Source: a virus
Taxonomy: Duplodnaviria; Caudoviricetes
Direction: 5' to 3' (one strand)
Length of the DNA stretch: 26,875 nt
Virus record (IMG/VR): IMGVR_UViG_3300044448_007439
Coordinates: 1 to 26,875 of that record
Under the pieces are notes generated by a model, which was not told the origin of the DNA, made no database searches, and saw only the letters and a program-made list of their open reading frames with translations. Numbering within the stretch: position 1 is the first letter of the stretch; each line of letters starts with the position of its first letter. Made by a program: the position numbers and the translations under genes. Positions 14,796 to 23,283 of the stretch are shown in pieces.

Positions 14796-17398
14796 AACAG
14801 TCTCCATTCTGTCAGAACTTTTTCAACTAAGGGCGCTATGTCTCTCTCGAACTCTTCTGCCTGCCACTGTGGCGATATCATGCCGCCGAAGTTTTGCTCG
14901 AACGTACTGCCTAAAGAATCAACAATTTCGTCTGTGTCCAAACCAACTAAGTCATCATCGATGGCTTTCAGAGCACCGGCAACTTCAGCACGTTTACCGA
15001 CACGAGTGCTCTGCAGGATTACCCACTGATGGAAAGCTCGCGCCCAAATTTCCATTGGGTTAGTCAAATACGTCATAGCTTCCGTTTTTGTTACCCCTTC
15101 TAGCGCTAAAGCCCCAGCGTCAACTGCTCGAAGAAGCGTTGCCATGCTGTTGCTGTTCTTAGCTGCTAGATAAAATTCCATTTCTGGACTGTCAGCGATG
15201 CTTAACGGCCCAAATCCTCTGATGTTGCGCATAATGGCTTCGTCGAGCGCTGCAGAGTTACCGCTAGTCAGCAAAGACTGATCTTCTATTTGGCGAAACG
15301 CTGCCTCTACTTGGTTCTTAAGTAGTTCGAAACGAGATTTAGCGACTGACCCTGCGCCCGGACTTTCAATGTTGAAGTCGATACGGTGACCGTATTCGTG
15401 GAAGAACGTTTGGATTGCAAGACCGCTAAGCGCTTCTGCGTCGCCAGTGATTGCGTCAGCTTGTCTGGTAATCCCGATTACTGGTGGTGCGGGCGACCCC
15501 GTTCGGCCTGCTCTCACATCCCAACGGTTGTTGATTGCTTCGCCATCGGTTGCTGCTGGTTTCTTCCTCGCTGGATGGAAGTACCCGTTTGCTTTGCCGA
15601 TCATTTCGTCGTTGTAGCGAACCTCAACGTTCCCTCTAACAAACGCAGGCGGTTTCTTCAACAGAGTAGACATCACTGCAACCGCTCGAGTTGTGAGCTT
15701 TCGTGCTCCTGAGTCTGGTTCGAACTCTTTGACCATGTCTTGGAAGTTTGATGAACCACGCTGTTCCGGCGGTACTTGCGGGAACAACGCTGGCCCCGGC
15801 TCAGCAAAGTCAATGCCTCCGGTCGGTAACGCTAGATCTTCGTCCGTGATCTGCAGATCTGGTAAGTACTCAACGATTCGGCATCGACAGTTGGGATGTA
15901 ACGGCGGGTGCTGTCCTTGCCATTTCTCTTTAAGGTCGGTCAACTCGCCTGTCGGAGTGAGTCGTTGGTTCGACTCAAACGTTCCACCAATTTCTTGTAT
16001 TTGGCCTGCCATCGGTGCGCAACGTGCACATAGACGATCGTCTTCAGTGACATCCCAAACCATGCGAGCGTTACGAGGAAGAATCCCGTTGTTTTGTGCG
16101 TTTGCTGCACCAGCAAGATACGCAGCGTTAGCGACTCGTATCGTTTCTGTGCGTGCAATTCGTTCAACTCTTATGTCTAGCTCGTGACTCATAGCTTTCG
16201 CCCAAGCGCTTTCGTCTCCTCGACGCGCCCACGAAGCGAACCGCAAACCCGCATTGTTGCGCTGTTTGCCTAACCATTTGCGACCTTTCGAGTCGAGAGT
16301 TACTGGTCGCAGGCCCGAGGTTTGTTGTTCGCCTACTCGACCGAGTGTGCGTCCGCTTTTTTTATCGAACAGAATGTCTCGGTTTCTTCCTCGAACTCCT
16401 ACTCGGTTTCGCACAATGTCGGGACTGATCGATCCTGAACGGTCTGTTGACCGCAAATCGAAGAACGTTTCACTGGCTAAATTTGCGTCGAACTCTTCGC
16501 TCAAAAACAGTTGTGCGCCCGGTGTTCGCTCAAAAAACTCTGGTGCGTAGCTGGCTGCAGGATATTTGAAACGTCTGCCGACTTGCCTCAGTTTGTTTAA
16601 CGAATCGTTACGGAAAGCTTGTTTCTCCAGATCACCCATGTACCGATTGGCTCGCTCGACTTGGCTAGGCAACAAACCGTAAGTTGGTTCTGCGACTTGT
16701 GGCAAGATGCGGCGTAACTCACCAATCAAACCACCTTGCCCGGTTTGACCCGCTATTCCAGCAAGCTCAGAATCTGCGGCTGCTTCGAGAGTCGCTACCA
16801 TTGCGCGTCTCATCGCTTGCACACCTTCTTCATACATATCGAGATAGCGGACTTGACCGAAACCAGCGACACCTGCTTGACGCATCACTTCGTCGGGAAC
16901 AATTTCGAAGCCTGTTGCTAAACCGGGAACTAACCCAGCTACTCCACGCTCAAAAACTCTGACAGCTTCAGCGCCCACACCAAACACTGCTTCGTTCATA
17001 GCGTCAGCGGCTGCTACTGCCGCCCGAAGGTTAAGTATCTCACCAAGGTTTCTTTCGTCTTCGGAAGGTTCAGCTTTGAACAACGTCCACGGAGGCGCTG
17101 GGCCACCTTCCTGAATGCTGAAAGATGACTGATTCAAGTGATACCCGACGACGCTCACCACGTTTTCGACTTCGTAAAGACTAATTGGTCGTTCTGGGTT
17201 ACCCATCAAATACGAGATTGCTTTACCGATGTCACGTTGATATATCTTCAACGATTTTTTTAAGTGCTTCCGTACTTCTGGCAAGCCTGCGTCAGCGACA
17301 GCTAGCAGCGGATCAGTTGCTTGTTTTTCTAAACGACCGAAACCGCATCTACGCCAGCTATTTGTTTTTACAGGTGCCGCTAATGTGAGTCCTTGCAC
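14792..17398 (-). CDS. MuF-family minor head protein with C-terminal zincin-like metallopeptidase extension
   Basis: RIARTE, W....DDRLCARC, HPPLHPNCRC MuF motifs; C-terminal HEYGH and Y....EIWARAF; lies after the portal; start codon uncertain. Confidence 0.88.
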   Translation of the reverse strand: MQGLTLAAPVKTNSWRRCGFGRLEKQATDPLLAVADAGLPEVRKHLKKSLKIYQRDIGKAISYLMGNPERPISLYEVENVVSVVGYHLNQSSFSIQEGGPAPPWTLFKAEPSEDERNLGEILNLRAAVAAADAMNEAVFGVGAEAVRVFERGVAGLVPGLATGFEIVPDEVMRQAGVAGFGQVRYLDMYEEGVQAMRRAMVATLEAAADSELAGIAGQTGQGGLIGELRRILPQVAEPTYGLLPSQVERANRYMGDLEKQAFRNDSLNKLRQVGRRFKYPAASYAPEFFERTPGAQLFLSEEFDANLASETFFDLRSTDRSGSISPDIVRNRVGVRGRNRDILFDKKSGRTLGRVGEQQTSGLRPVTLDSKGRKWLGKQRNNAGLRFASWARRGDESAWAKAMSHELDIRVERIARTETIRVANAAYLAGAANAQNNGILPRNARMVWDVTEDDRLCARCAPMAGQIQEIGGTFESNQRLTPTGELTDLKEKWQGQHPPLHPNCRCRIVEYLPDLQITDEDLALPTGGIDFAEPGPALFPQVPPEQRGSSNFQDMVKEFEPDSGARKLTTRAVAVMSTLLKKPPAFVRGNVEVRYNDEMIGKANGYFHPARKKPAATDGEAINNRWDVRAGRTGSPAPPVIGITRQADAITGDAEALSGLAIQTFFHEYGHRIDFNIESPGAGSVAKSRFELLKNQVEAAFRQIEDQSLLTSGNSAALDEAIMRNIRGFGPLSIADSPEMEFYLAAKNSNSMATLLRAVDAGALALEGVTKTEAMTYLTNPMEIWARAFHQWVILQSTRVGKRAEVAGALKAIDDDLVGLDTDEIVDSLGSTFEQNFGGMISPQWQAEEFERDIAPLVEKVLTEWRLL

Positions 17399-17404
17399 GA
17401 AGTC

Positions 17405-17569
17405 TCATTTCAAACGAACGACTGGTAGACAGAAATCTTCGCCGTATTCTTCGTTTAGTTGTTCTATGAGCGGCCAGTCGTCTTGATGATATGCGTCGTG
17501 TGTGTCGCAATAAGACGGCGTGCAATAGCCGTTATCAATTCCGTACTGGAGCCACTCCTGACCGTTCAT
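17405..17569 (-). CDS. Small Cys/His protein (54 aa)
   Basis: Translated by hand: MNGQEWLQYGIDNGYCTPSYCDTHDAYHQDDWPLIEQLNEEYGEDFCLPVVRLK; ATGA coupling. Confidence 0.65.
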   Translation of the reverse strand: MNGQEWLQYGIDNGYCTPSYCDTHDAYHQDDWPLIEQLNEEYGEDFCLPVVRLK

Positions 17570-17676
17570 CGATTGATAAAACGAGCGACCATGACCAGAA
17601 TTCCGCTACATGCGCTGATGGCTGCTATTGCTATCACCACTGCAGCATCACTGAAAGTTTGTATGTGAGCGAGCAT
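17566..17676 (-). CDS. Small single-TM peptide (36 aa)
   Basis: MLAHIQTFSDAAVVIAIAAISACSGILVMVARFINR; GAGGAGG RBS; TAATG overlap with the portal stop. Confidence 0.55.
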   Translation of the reverse strand: MLAHIQTFSDAAVVIAIAAISACSGILVMVARFINR

Positions 17677-19004
17677 TACACCTCCTCGAGATTCATTTGT
17701 GGTTGTGGGGCTTCTTCTTCTGCCTCGGGGATGTCGAGGTTTTCTGGTTGTGGTAGTCCTAGCAACGACCGCAAGAATCTTTCGTCTTCCTCGTCGGGTG
17801 ACAACATTCCAGCGTTCACAAGTCGCTCCAGCGCTAGCGCTAACTCCTCTGTGTCTGGTCGTTGTAGCGAACCTGCAACCATCTCAGGGTATTCGTCTAA
17901 GTCCCAACCGTTCATTTTCATTAAGCGTGGAATCTCGTGCCGGTTGATGACGTCAGCTACTTCCATGACTTGAGCGGTCAAGGACGAAAGCCACATTGAT
18001 TGTTTGACTGTTCCGAGCGCCAAACTTCCTACGTTTTCGTGTCCTAAAAGGATCACGTCAGAAAGCGTAGTCATCGCCATTTCTTTGGTGTGCCGGTCAA
18101 TGATTTCGTTTGTGTTGAGTTGCCGTGAACCGCCCGACGACAAAAGCTTCATGTCGACTAAACGGTTGCCTTTCTCGTCGAAGACTGACGGCAACACCAA
18201 AGAGGCTCGTTCGTTTCGTTTTAACTCTGACGCAATTTTTTTGTATTCCGAAAGCGCAGCTTTTTCTGTTGACGAAGCAGCACTGTCGAATAGCTCTTCG
18301 GGAGCGTAGAACACTGGCAACCCTGCAAAGTCACGTTCAACTCCGATTGCTTCGTACTCCATGATCCGACGTCGGTAGTACCAGCTTGTGTAAGCGTTCC
18401 TTAAGATGCTGCGACCCTCGGGATTGTTCTTGGTTCGTACTGTTCTGAATAACAGTGACCGGTTGATTGGAATGTACCGGTTAGCGCCGAGTTGATCCGC
18501 TTGGACCATGCCCTGTATGCCGCCAGTCTCATCGATGTCCCAATAACGAAGAGTGTCTTGCGCTCTTCCAGCGAATTTGCGCCAACCAATTCGACCGTCG
18601 TCAAAGTTCGATGAAGCTTTCTTGCCGTTTATCGGTTGAGTGCCGTCTCGTTTTTTGTAGACGACTTCGAAGTAGGACCATCCGAAGACAAGTTTTGACA
18701 ATGCTTCAGAGATGAAATCCCCCCAAGACATCGACATGTCCATCATGCAGCTTTCAACAAAAGTGGCTGCTGCTAAATCTTGATCGGTTTCGCCTCGTGC
18801 TTCAACCGTCCACGTCACACCACGAAGCTGCTGGATTATTGCGTGGAGCATTGCCCCCAAAACAGCGTCGTTGTCAGACATTTCTCGGTAAACGCGCATA
18901 CCTCGAGCGCCGGTCAGATCAGTCAACCATTCTTCTTGAATGATGCCGCGTGTCTGTTTTAGACCCGAATAGCCCGTTTCTGAGAAAATGTTTCGCGGTG
19001 CCAT
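17676..19004 (-). CDS. Phage portal protein (DUF935/Mu gp29-like)
   Basis: Follows TerL; G.SGL....G.I.EE, YREMSDND, FGWSYFEVVYK, NNPEGRSILR, E.IGVERD.AGLP; start MAPRN at 19004. Confidence 0.85.
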   Translation of the reverse strand: MAPRNIFSETGYSGLKQTRGIIQEEWLTDLTGARGMRVYREMSDNDAVLGAMLHAIIQQLRGVTWTVEARGETDQDLAAATFVESCMMDMSMSWGDFISEALSKLVFGWSYFEVVYKKRDGTQPINGKKASSNFDDGRIGWRKFAGRAQDTLRYWDIDETGGIQGMVQADQLGANRYIPINRSLLFRTVRTKNNPEGRSILRNAYTSWYYRRRIMEYEAIGVERDFAGLPVFYAPEELFDSAASSTEKAALSEYKKIASELKRNERASLVLPSVFDEKGNRLVDMKLLSSGGSRQLNTNEIIDRHTKEMAMTTLSDVILLGHENVGSLALGTVKQSMWLSSLTAQVMEVADVINRHEIPRLMKMNGWDLDEYPEMVAGSLQRPDTEELALALERLVNAGMLSPDEEDERFLRSLLGLPQPENLDIPEAEEEAPQPQMNLEEV

Positions 19005-19014
19005 ACGCTTGATC

Positions 19015-20487
19015 TTACATCGGTACTGGAACTGAGCGGCGAACATGCTGCTCAACTGATTGAGCCGGACGACTCTCTCCAGTTGGAATCGCTGCTCGTC
19101 GGTGACGACCGGGTGCACATGCCCACAAACCGGACAGCGTATCTATCGTGTCGTCGTGTACTCCGGGGCTAGGGAAGTGTGATAGTTCGTTGAGGATTGG
19201 ACCGTTCCAAGAGTCCTGCACGAATTGAACTCGGCGTTGTTCCATCGCTGCTGCAACCGCTTCGGCTCTTGTTCGTTTGTCTCCTGTTGGTCGATACCCG
19301 TGCACTGCTACGAGACCTTCAAGGTGTCGTTGTAGCTCTTCGAGTTGGGCTACCCCTCCTGATCCCGGTTCTTGCTCAACGAAGTATCTCAACTGGTTCT
19401 TGCCGTAAACCCGGATGTCTCTTTGAGCTACTGAAAGAATGCGTTCGTTTCTTGCGCCGGGTCGCAATCTAAAACGTTCCATGTCTTCGATTCGCCACAT
19501 TCTTGTACGTGTGTCAAGAGCGGCGAGTGTGCCAACAGTCCAGTCTGGGTCTCGATTCGTGTCGCTTGGTTCTGTTCCCGCCAGATCCCAGTAGCGGGCA
19601 CGCCACGGTTTGCCTTTTAGTGGAGCGTCCACCATCTCTATCCATGAGATGTCGAACATTTCGCCGACGTCTTCAAGAATTTCGGCGTAAAGCTCTTGTC
19701 GCCCTAACCGAGTGCCTCTTGTTGGTTCGATCACTTGGTCAATAAAAGCAGGAGCCAAATTCTGGACGTTGTCGAACGTTGATCTGCGGGTGACAACAAT
19801 CGACATGTCTTCGGCGGTGTCGGGTGCCGCTAGTTCTCTGGTGAGTTTGTTCGGTTTCGGGGTCGTGGTTATCACGATTTGTGGTTGATTCCCGAGTCGT
19901 ACGCCGTAACGCAGGTTCCCGAACGTGCTGTTCGTTCTATCGTTTAGTCCGAACCCGGCGTCTCGCCACGACGAAAGCTCGTCACACCATGCGGCGTGCC
20001 ACTGCGGTCCACGTAACCGGTCAGGTTTCTCGGCTGACGCAATTTTGAAATATGAGCCATCTGCGAGTCGTAGCTCTCCGAACGTTCTCCGCCACGAGTT
20101 GTCAACAGATCCTCCGATGAGTCGGCTCGGTGGAAGAACCGACAATAAACCTGATTCTCCTTCGATCATTGTTTCTCGAGCGTCAGCATTGGTCGGACCA
20201 ACGAGCGCACCTCTAAATTTTTGTCCCGTAGCGGACTGTATGGCACTGCGCTCAGCCATCCACTCAGCACCCGTCCGTGTTTTGCCCCACCCACGGCCAG
20301 CCAAGATTAGCCAGATGTACCAGTCACCTGTCGGTGTCCGCTGCTCTGGCCTAGCGAATAGCGACCAGTCGCGATCGAGAATGAGATCAATTTCGCTGTC
20401 GTTTAGCTCATCCCAAATTTCAGGATGTCGAGCGATAGTTTCTGCTGGAGCCAAAACGCTTGGGTCACGTCGTAGTTCGTTATCCAT
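19015..20487 (-). CDS. terL: Terminase large subunit
   Basis: LAGRGWGKT Walker A, LRGPQ, WCDE Walker B, ITTTP, RQELYAE, YWDLA, HDDTID nuclease motifs. Confidence 0.95.
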   Translation of the reverse strand: MDNELRRDPSVLAPAETIARHPEIWDELNDSEIDLILDRDWSLFARPEQRTPTGDWYIWLILAGRGWGKTRTGAEWMAERSAIQSATGQKFRGALVGPTNADARETMIEGESGLLSVLPPSRLIGGSVDNSWRRTFGELRLADGSYFKIASAEKPDRLRGPQWHAAWCDELSSWRDAGFGLNDRTNSTFGNLRYGVRLGNQPQIVITTTPKPNKLTRELAAPDTAEDMSIVVTRRSTFDNVQNLAPAFIDQVIEPTRGTRLGRQELYAEILEDVGEMFDISWIEMVDAPLKGKPWRARYWDLAGTEPSDTNRDPDWTVGTLAALDTRTRMWRIEDMERFRLRPGARNERILSVAQRDIRVYGKNQLRYFVEQEPGSGGVAQLEELQRHLEGLVAVHGYRPTGDKRTRAEAVAAAMEQRRVQFVQDSWNGPILNELSHFPSPGVHDDTIDTLSGLWACAPGRHRRAAIPTGESRPAQSVEQHVRRSVPVPM

Positions 20488-21010
20488 TGTCGACTCGATC
20501 TTCGACAGAAGCTAACCGCTCAGCGATTTCTGTGAGCTTTTCTTTCGCTGCAGTTTTCCGTTCTTCTTCTGTTTCCTGATCTTCAAGCGGTGCATCTACT
20601 GTTCCGACAGCTTCTCGTTCGATTCGAGTTGCTACGTCAAGCCACCTTGCTAGATCGCTTGGAGCGAGAATGTCAGGATCAATGTCTTCTAGTCGAATCA
20701 TTGCTTTGTCCAGAAAGCCTCGTGCGATTGTTGCGTGTCGGCGACGTACTTCTAATAGGTCTTCTAGGTTTTCTGCTTGAGCTTTTCTGTCGACGAACTC
20801 ATCCCATGCAGCGGCTCGGTTGACCCACATAAAACGGGACGACCATTCTTTTAGCTGACGGATCTGTACTTCCGTCGCTACTGGTACTTCGTAATGAATT
20901 GCTGCAGCAGCAGGTATCGATCTTGTTGTAGGAGGCAGATCTCTGTATGTGGTGAATCCTTGGAACGACTGATGAGTTTCCTCCGGCTGTCGATCCCAAA
21001 GCTCAGTCAT
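20480..21010 (-). CDS. terS: Putative terminase small subunit
   Basis: Directly upstream of and overlapping terL; W.RQPEET...F..YRDL and WS....WV.RA.AWD helical HTH-like pattern. Confidence 0.7.
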   Translation of the reverse strand: MTELWDRQPEETHQSFQGFTTYRDLPPTTRSIPAAAAIHYEVPVATEVQIRQLKEWSSRFMWVNRAAAWDEFVDRKAQAENLEDLLEVRRRHATIARGFLDKAMIRLEDIDPDILAPSDLARWLDVATRIEREAVGTVDAPLEDQETEEERKTAAKEKLTEIAERLASVEDRVDNG

Positions 21011-21012
21011 TG

Positions 21013-21267
21013 TTACTTCACGTCAGCTAATGCACTAACTGGTTTACCTCGACCAGTTTCTCGCGCCCAACGCTCTACGTTTCCCCACTTCCACAGTGGT
21101 TTACCATCAATGTTCAAATCTTCTGCGGGAAACCCAACATTGTGTGTTCCCGGTCCTTCGGGTCGCTCTGCTCTAGTGCCCCATCGATACTGTGTAATTG
21201 TTCGATGCGATAAACCCAAGCGCTCAGCAATTTGCTTGAGACTCACAATGTCTTCTGAGTCAGTCAT
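21013..21267 (-). CDS. Helix-turn-helix DNA-binding protein (AlpA/Xis-like)
   Basis: VSLKQIAERLGLSHRTITQYR...FP......PLW....VE.WA..TGR. Confidence 0.75.
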   Translation of the reverse strand: MTDSEDIVSLKQIAERLGLSHRTITQYRWGTRAERPEGPGTHNVGFPAEDLNIDGKPLWKWGNVERWARETGRGKPVSALADVK

Positions 21268-21287
21268 CTCTCTCCTTCATTTCGTAC

Positions 21288-21316
21288 ATTATACTGTTAA
21301 TCTTACGATTCGGCAA
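21288..21316 (-). promoter_or_regulatory. Promoter TTGCCG-N17-TATAAT upstream of HTH-terS-terL
   Basis: Exact 17-bp spacing, followed by a GAAGGAG RBS and the ATG at 21267. Confidence 0.65.
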
Positions 21317-21758
21317 GAACGGAAGCCTTCAGTTGTTCAAGGCTTTCCTCATCTCGCCAATCAATCGTGATGAAACGAAATCCATCACTTGGCTTAGATA
21401 TTTCCTCTAAGCCTGATTCGGTGATCCAGCGGACGCCATAGCCAATCGAACTCAGCTTCGCCGCAACCTTGCTCGCTCGAGCCATCATCATTCCGTCTTC
21501 TGCACTTGGTCTTACGTGATGATCTAACGCTCGTGGTTGCAGCGGGGCATACATCCGTAAGTAAGAACGAATTTTAGCGATAGTCGGGAAACGATCTTCT
21601 TCACGCAAGATTTGTCGAGCCGCTTTTTGTGCTTGCTCCTCAGTTGTGCGATCTGATGTCAATGCCTCAACGTAATGCTCGATGGTGCTTGCTTCGAGCT
21701 TCTTATTAAAGCCCTGAGATAAGGCTACGACCATCTGCAGTGTCTGTTGCCTGTTCAT
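21303..21758 (-). CDS. Hypothetical protein, possible helicase loader/inhibitor-like
   Basis: Follows the initiator gene; helical N-terminus ending FPTIAKIR; GGAAGGAG RBS. Confidence 0.55.
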   Translation of the reverse strand: MNRQQTLQMVVALSQGFNKKLEASTIEHYVEALTSDRTTEEQAQKAARQILREEDRFPTIAKIRSYLRMYAPLQPRALDHHVRPSAEDGMMMARASKVAAKLSSIGYGVRWITESGLEEISKPSDGFRFITIDWRDEESLEQLKASVLAES

Positions 21759-22521
21759 CGCTCTCCTTCCAGAATGAAGGTCCAGCGTCGGTGCTAGGTG
21801 ATAGATAGTTTACCAGTCCGCTACCATGCCGATCTTTAACGTGCGACAAGTATTTCGAGATGACCTCTTCAGGGTCATCGTCGAATCTGCCTTGATTCAA
21901 CCATGTCGCTGGGTGCGGCGTGAACTGCTTCACCTCATCTTTGTCAGCGCCGAACGCTATTGCTTGATCAAAGCACTGCCGCAAATGATTAACAGCTAAC
22001 AATGCTTTGTCTTGATCGCTTCCCGGCATTCGACCCCATACTTTTTCTGCAGCGCCTCTAGCTACCTTCCTCGGATACATCTTCCAGAAATCTTCAAAGG
22101 TATTTATTAATTGAGGTTGATTATTTAGTTCTCTTTTAGTTCGCGCGTTCTCATAACGCGACTCCCGCGTTGTAGCTACGCGAGGGGTCGCGTCCTCTGA
22201 ACGCGACGTCGCGTCAAATCGACGCGACCAGTCATAGACAGGTGGGAACTTCTCATTGTCCATCAATAAGCGGTATCGAGTGGCGTAAGCGCCGCCGCCG
22301 TCAGAGAGAACCTCGAGTGTTCCGTCGACTGCCATTTCTCGTAACCGCTTTCTCACGTTGCCGCCGCTCATTCTGACTTTGGCTGCTAAACGTTCGCTTC
22401 CCATCCAGAACTCGTTGTCGTGATCGGAGTTGCATACGTCAGCGATAGCGAGATGACAAATAAATTTCGCACCGGTGTACGGGGAATGCTTCCAGACCCA
22501 AGCTGTTGCTTCTGCACTCAT
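21706..22521 (-). CDS. Phage replication initiator (N-terminal wHTH, C-terminal replisome-organizer-like domain)
   Basis: MS.EA.AW.W...LAIAD N-terminus; FEDFWKMYPRKV...PHPATWLNQGRFDD C-terminus; internal iterons. Confidence 0.82.
   Translation of the reverse strand: MSAEATAWVWKHSPYTGAKFICHLAIADVCNSDHDNEFWMGSERLAAKVRMSGGNVRKRLREMAVDGTLEVLSDGGGAYATRYRLLMDNEKFPPVYDWSRRFDATSRSEDATPRVATTRESRYENARTKRELNNQPQLINTFEDFWKMYPRKVARGAAEKVWGRMPGSDQDKALLAVNHLRQCFDQAIAFGADKDEVKQFTPHPATWLNQGRFDDDPEEVISKYLSHVKDRHGSGLVNYLSPSTDAGPSFWKESDEQATDTADGRSLISGL
22098..22226. other. Putative replication origin: four dyad iterons CGCGT-N7-ACGCG plus adjacent AT-rich tract
   Basis: Iterons at 22144-22160, 22166-22182, 22189-22205 and 22210-22226; AT-rich segment about 22101-22141. 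Confidence 0.8.
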
Positions 22522-22574
22522 CGTTTGCTGTCCGATCGAAAGCGTGTAAGATCGTCCATGAGTTGAGTTGTCAT
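22518..22574 (-). CDS. 18-aa leader ORF translationally coupled to the initiator
   Basis: MTTQLMDDLTRFRSDSKR; strong GGAAGGAGAAGAGGAG RBS; stop overlaps the initiator ATG (ATGA). Confidence 0.5.
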   Translation of the reverse strand: MTTQLMDDLTRFRSDSKR

Positions 22575-22595
22575 TTGTACTCCTCTTCTCCTTCC

Positions 22596-22631
22596 AAAAG
22601 GACCGGCTGTCTCGGCAGTCGGTCCTTTATT
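22596..22631. terminator. Hairpin flanked by A/T runs (possible terminator or attenuator)
   Basis: AAAGGACCGGCTGT-CTCG-GCAGTCGGTCCTTT. Confidence 0.6.
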
Positions 22632-22633
22632 AC

Positions 22634-22666
22634 TTGCATACTACGTCTTTTCATTATAGAATGCAA
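22634..22666. promoter_or_regulatory. Overlapping divergent promoters: plus TTGCAT-N17-TAGAAT and minus TTGCAT-N17-TAGTAT
   Basis: Plus -35 at 22634-22639 and -10 at 22657-22662; minus -35 at 22661-22666 and -10 at 22638-22643; located at the strand switch. Confidence 0.75.
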
Positions 22667-22683
22667 CTAACGGAAGGAGAGAG

Positions 22684-22893
22684 ATGCCAACGAAAGTAAA
22701 TGAAGACGGCGTTCTACGGTGCACTAAATGTGATCGGCTTATGAAACTTGGTTCAGAGTTTTTCGGCTGGGAACCGCCCAAACCAAACGGGCCACCTGAT
22801 TGGCCCGTCCATGTTTGGAACGGTCGCGTCATATGTGACGGTGACCTTGATGCCTCATTACGACCACAAAAAGAGGCGGCAACCAATGGCTGA
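22684..22893 (+). CDS. Small Cys/His hypothetical protein
   Basis: GGAAGGAG RBS; CTKC...H...C. Confidence 0.65.
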   Translation: MPTKVNEDGVLRCTKCDRLMKLGSEFFGWEPPKPNGPPDWPVHVWNGRVICDGDLDASLRPQKEAATNG

Positions 22894-23143
22894 GATATTA
22901 GAGGATTACGAATTTGTAAAGCGTGGACGCGGTCCCGCATATCCGTACCACGAATGGTTTGATGGACGAATTTGGAAGCTAGAAGAATGGGACGACTTCG
23001 ACTGCAAACCAGTGAGTCTCCGCTCGGCACTCCACACCGCTGCAAAAAAGCAAAACCTGAAACTGAAGACGACTATCGGCAAAGACAGTAACGGGATGAG
23101 CTACGTGATTGTTCAAGCACAACCGAAGAAGGAGCAAGCATGA
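22886..23143 (+). CDS. Hypothetical protein, possibly DNA-binding
   Basis: Start MAEILEDYEF with GAGG RBS; RGRG..YP...WFDG..WKL. Confidence 0.65.
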   Translation: MAEILEDYEFVKRGRGPAYPYHEWFDGRIWKLEEWDDFDCKPVSLRSALHTAAKKQNLKLKTTIGKDSNGMSYVIVQAQPKKEQA

Positions 23144-23283
23144 CGAGTGACATGAAAAAAGTAAACGGTATTTGGGAAGTATGGGTCGGCAACCAATGTT
23201 GCTGGATCACTGACGACGGCATGGCCCACTACGATTTGAAGTCTGCCGAAAAGCGGAAGAAACAACTCAATGACCGTACATAA
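23140..23283 (+). CDS. Small hypothetical protein (47 aa)
   Basis: Translated by hand: MTSDMKKVNGIWEVWVGNQCCWITDDGMAHYDLKSAEKRKKQLNDRT; GAAGGAG RBS; ATGA overlap. Confidence 0.6.
   Translation: MTSDMKKVNGIWEVWVGNQCCWITDDGMAHYDLKSAEKRKKQLNDRT

Noticed and set aside
19005-19118. N-terminal extension of the portal ORF given by the ORF track
   Set aside because: Overlaps terL by about 100 nt; the ATG at 19004 just after the terL stop is more plausible
22641-23045. 134-aa minus-strand ORF as a possible repressor at the divergence point
   Set aside because: Antisense to two RBS-supported plus-strand genes and no HTH motif
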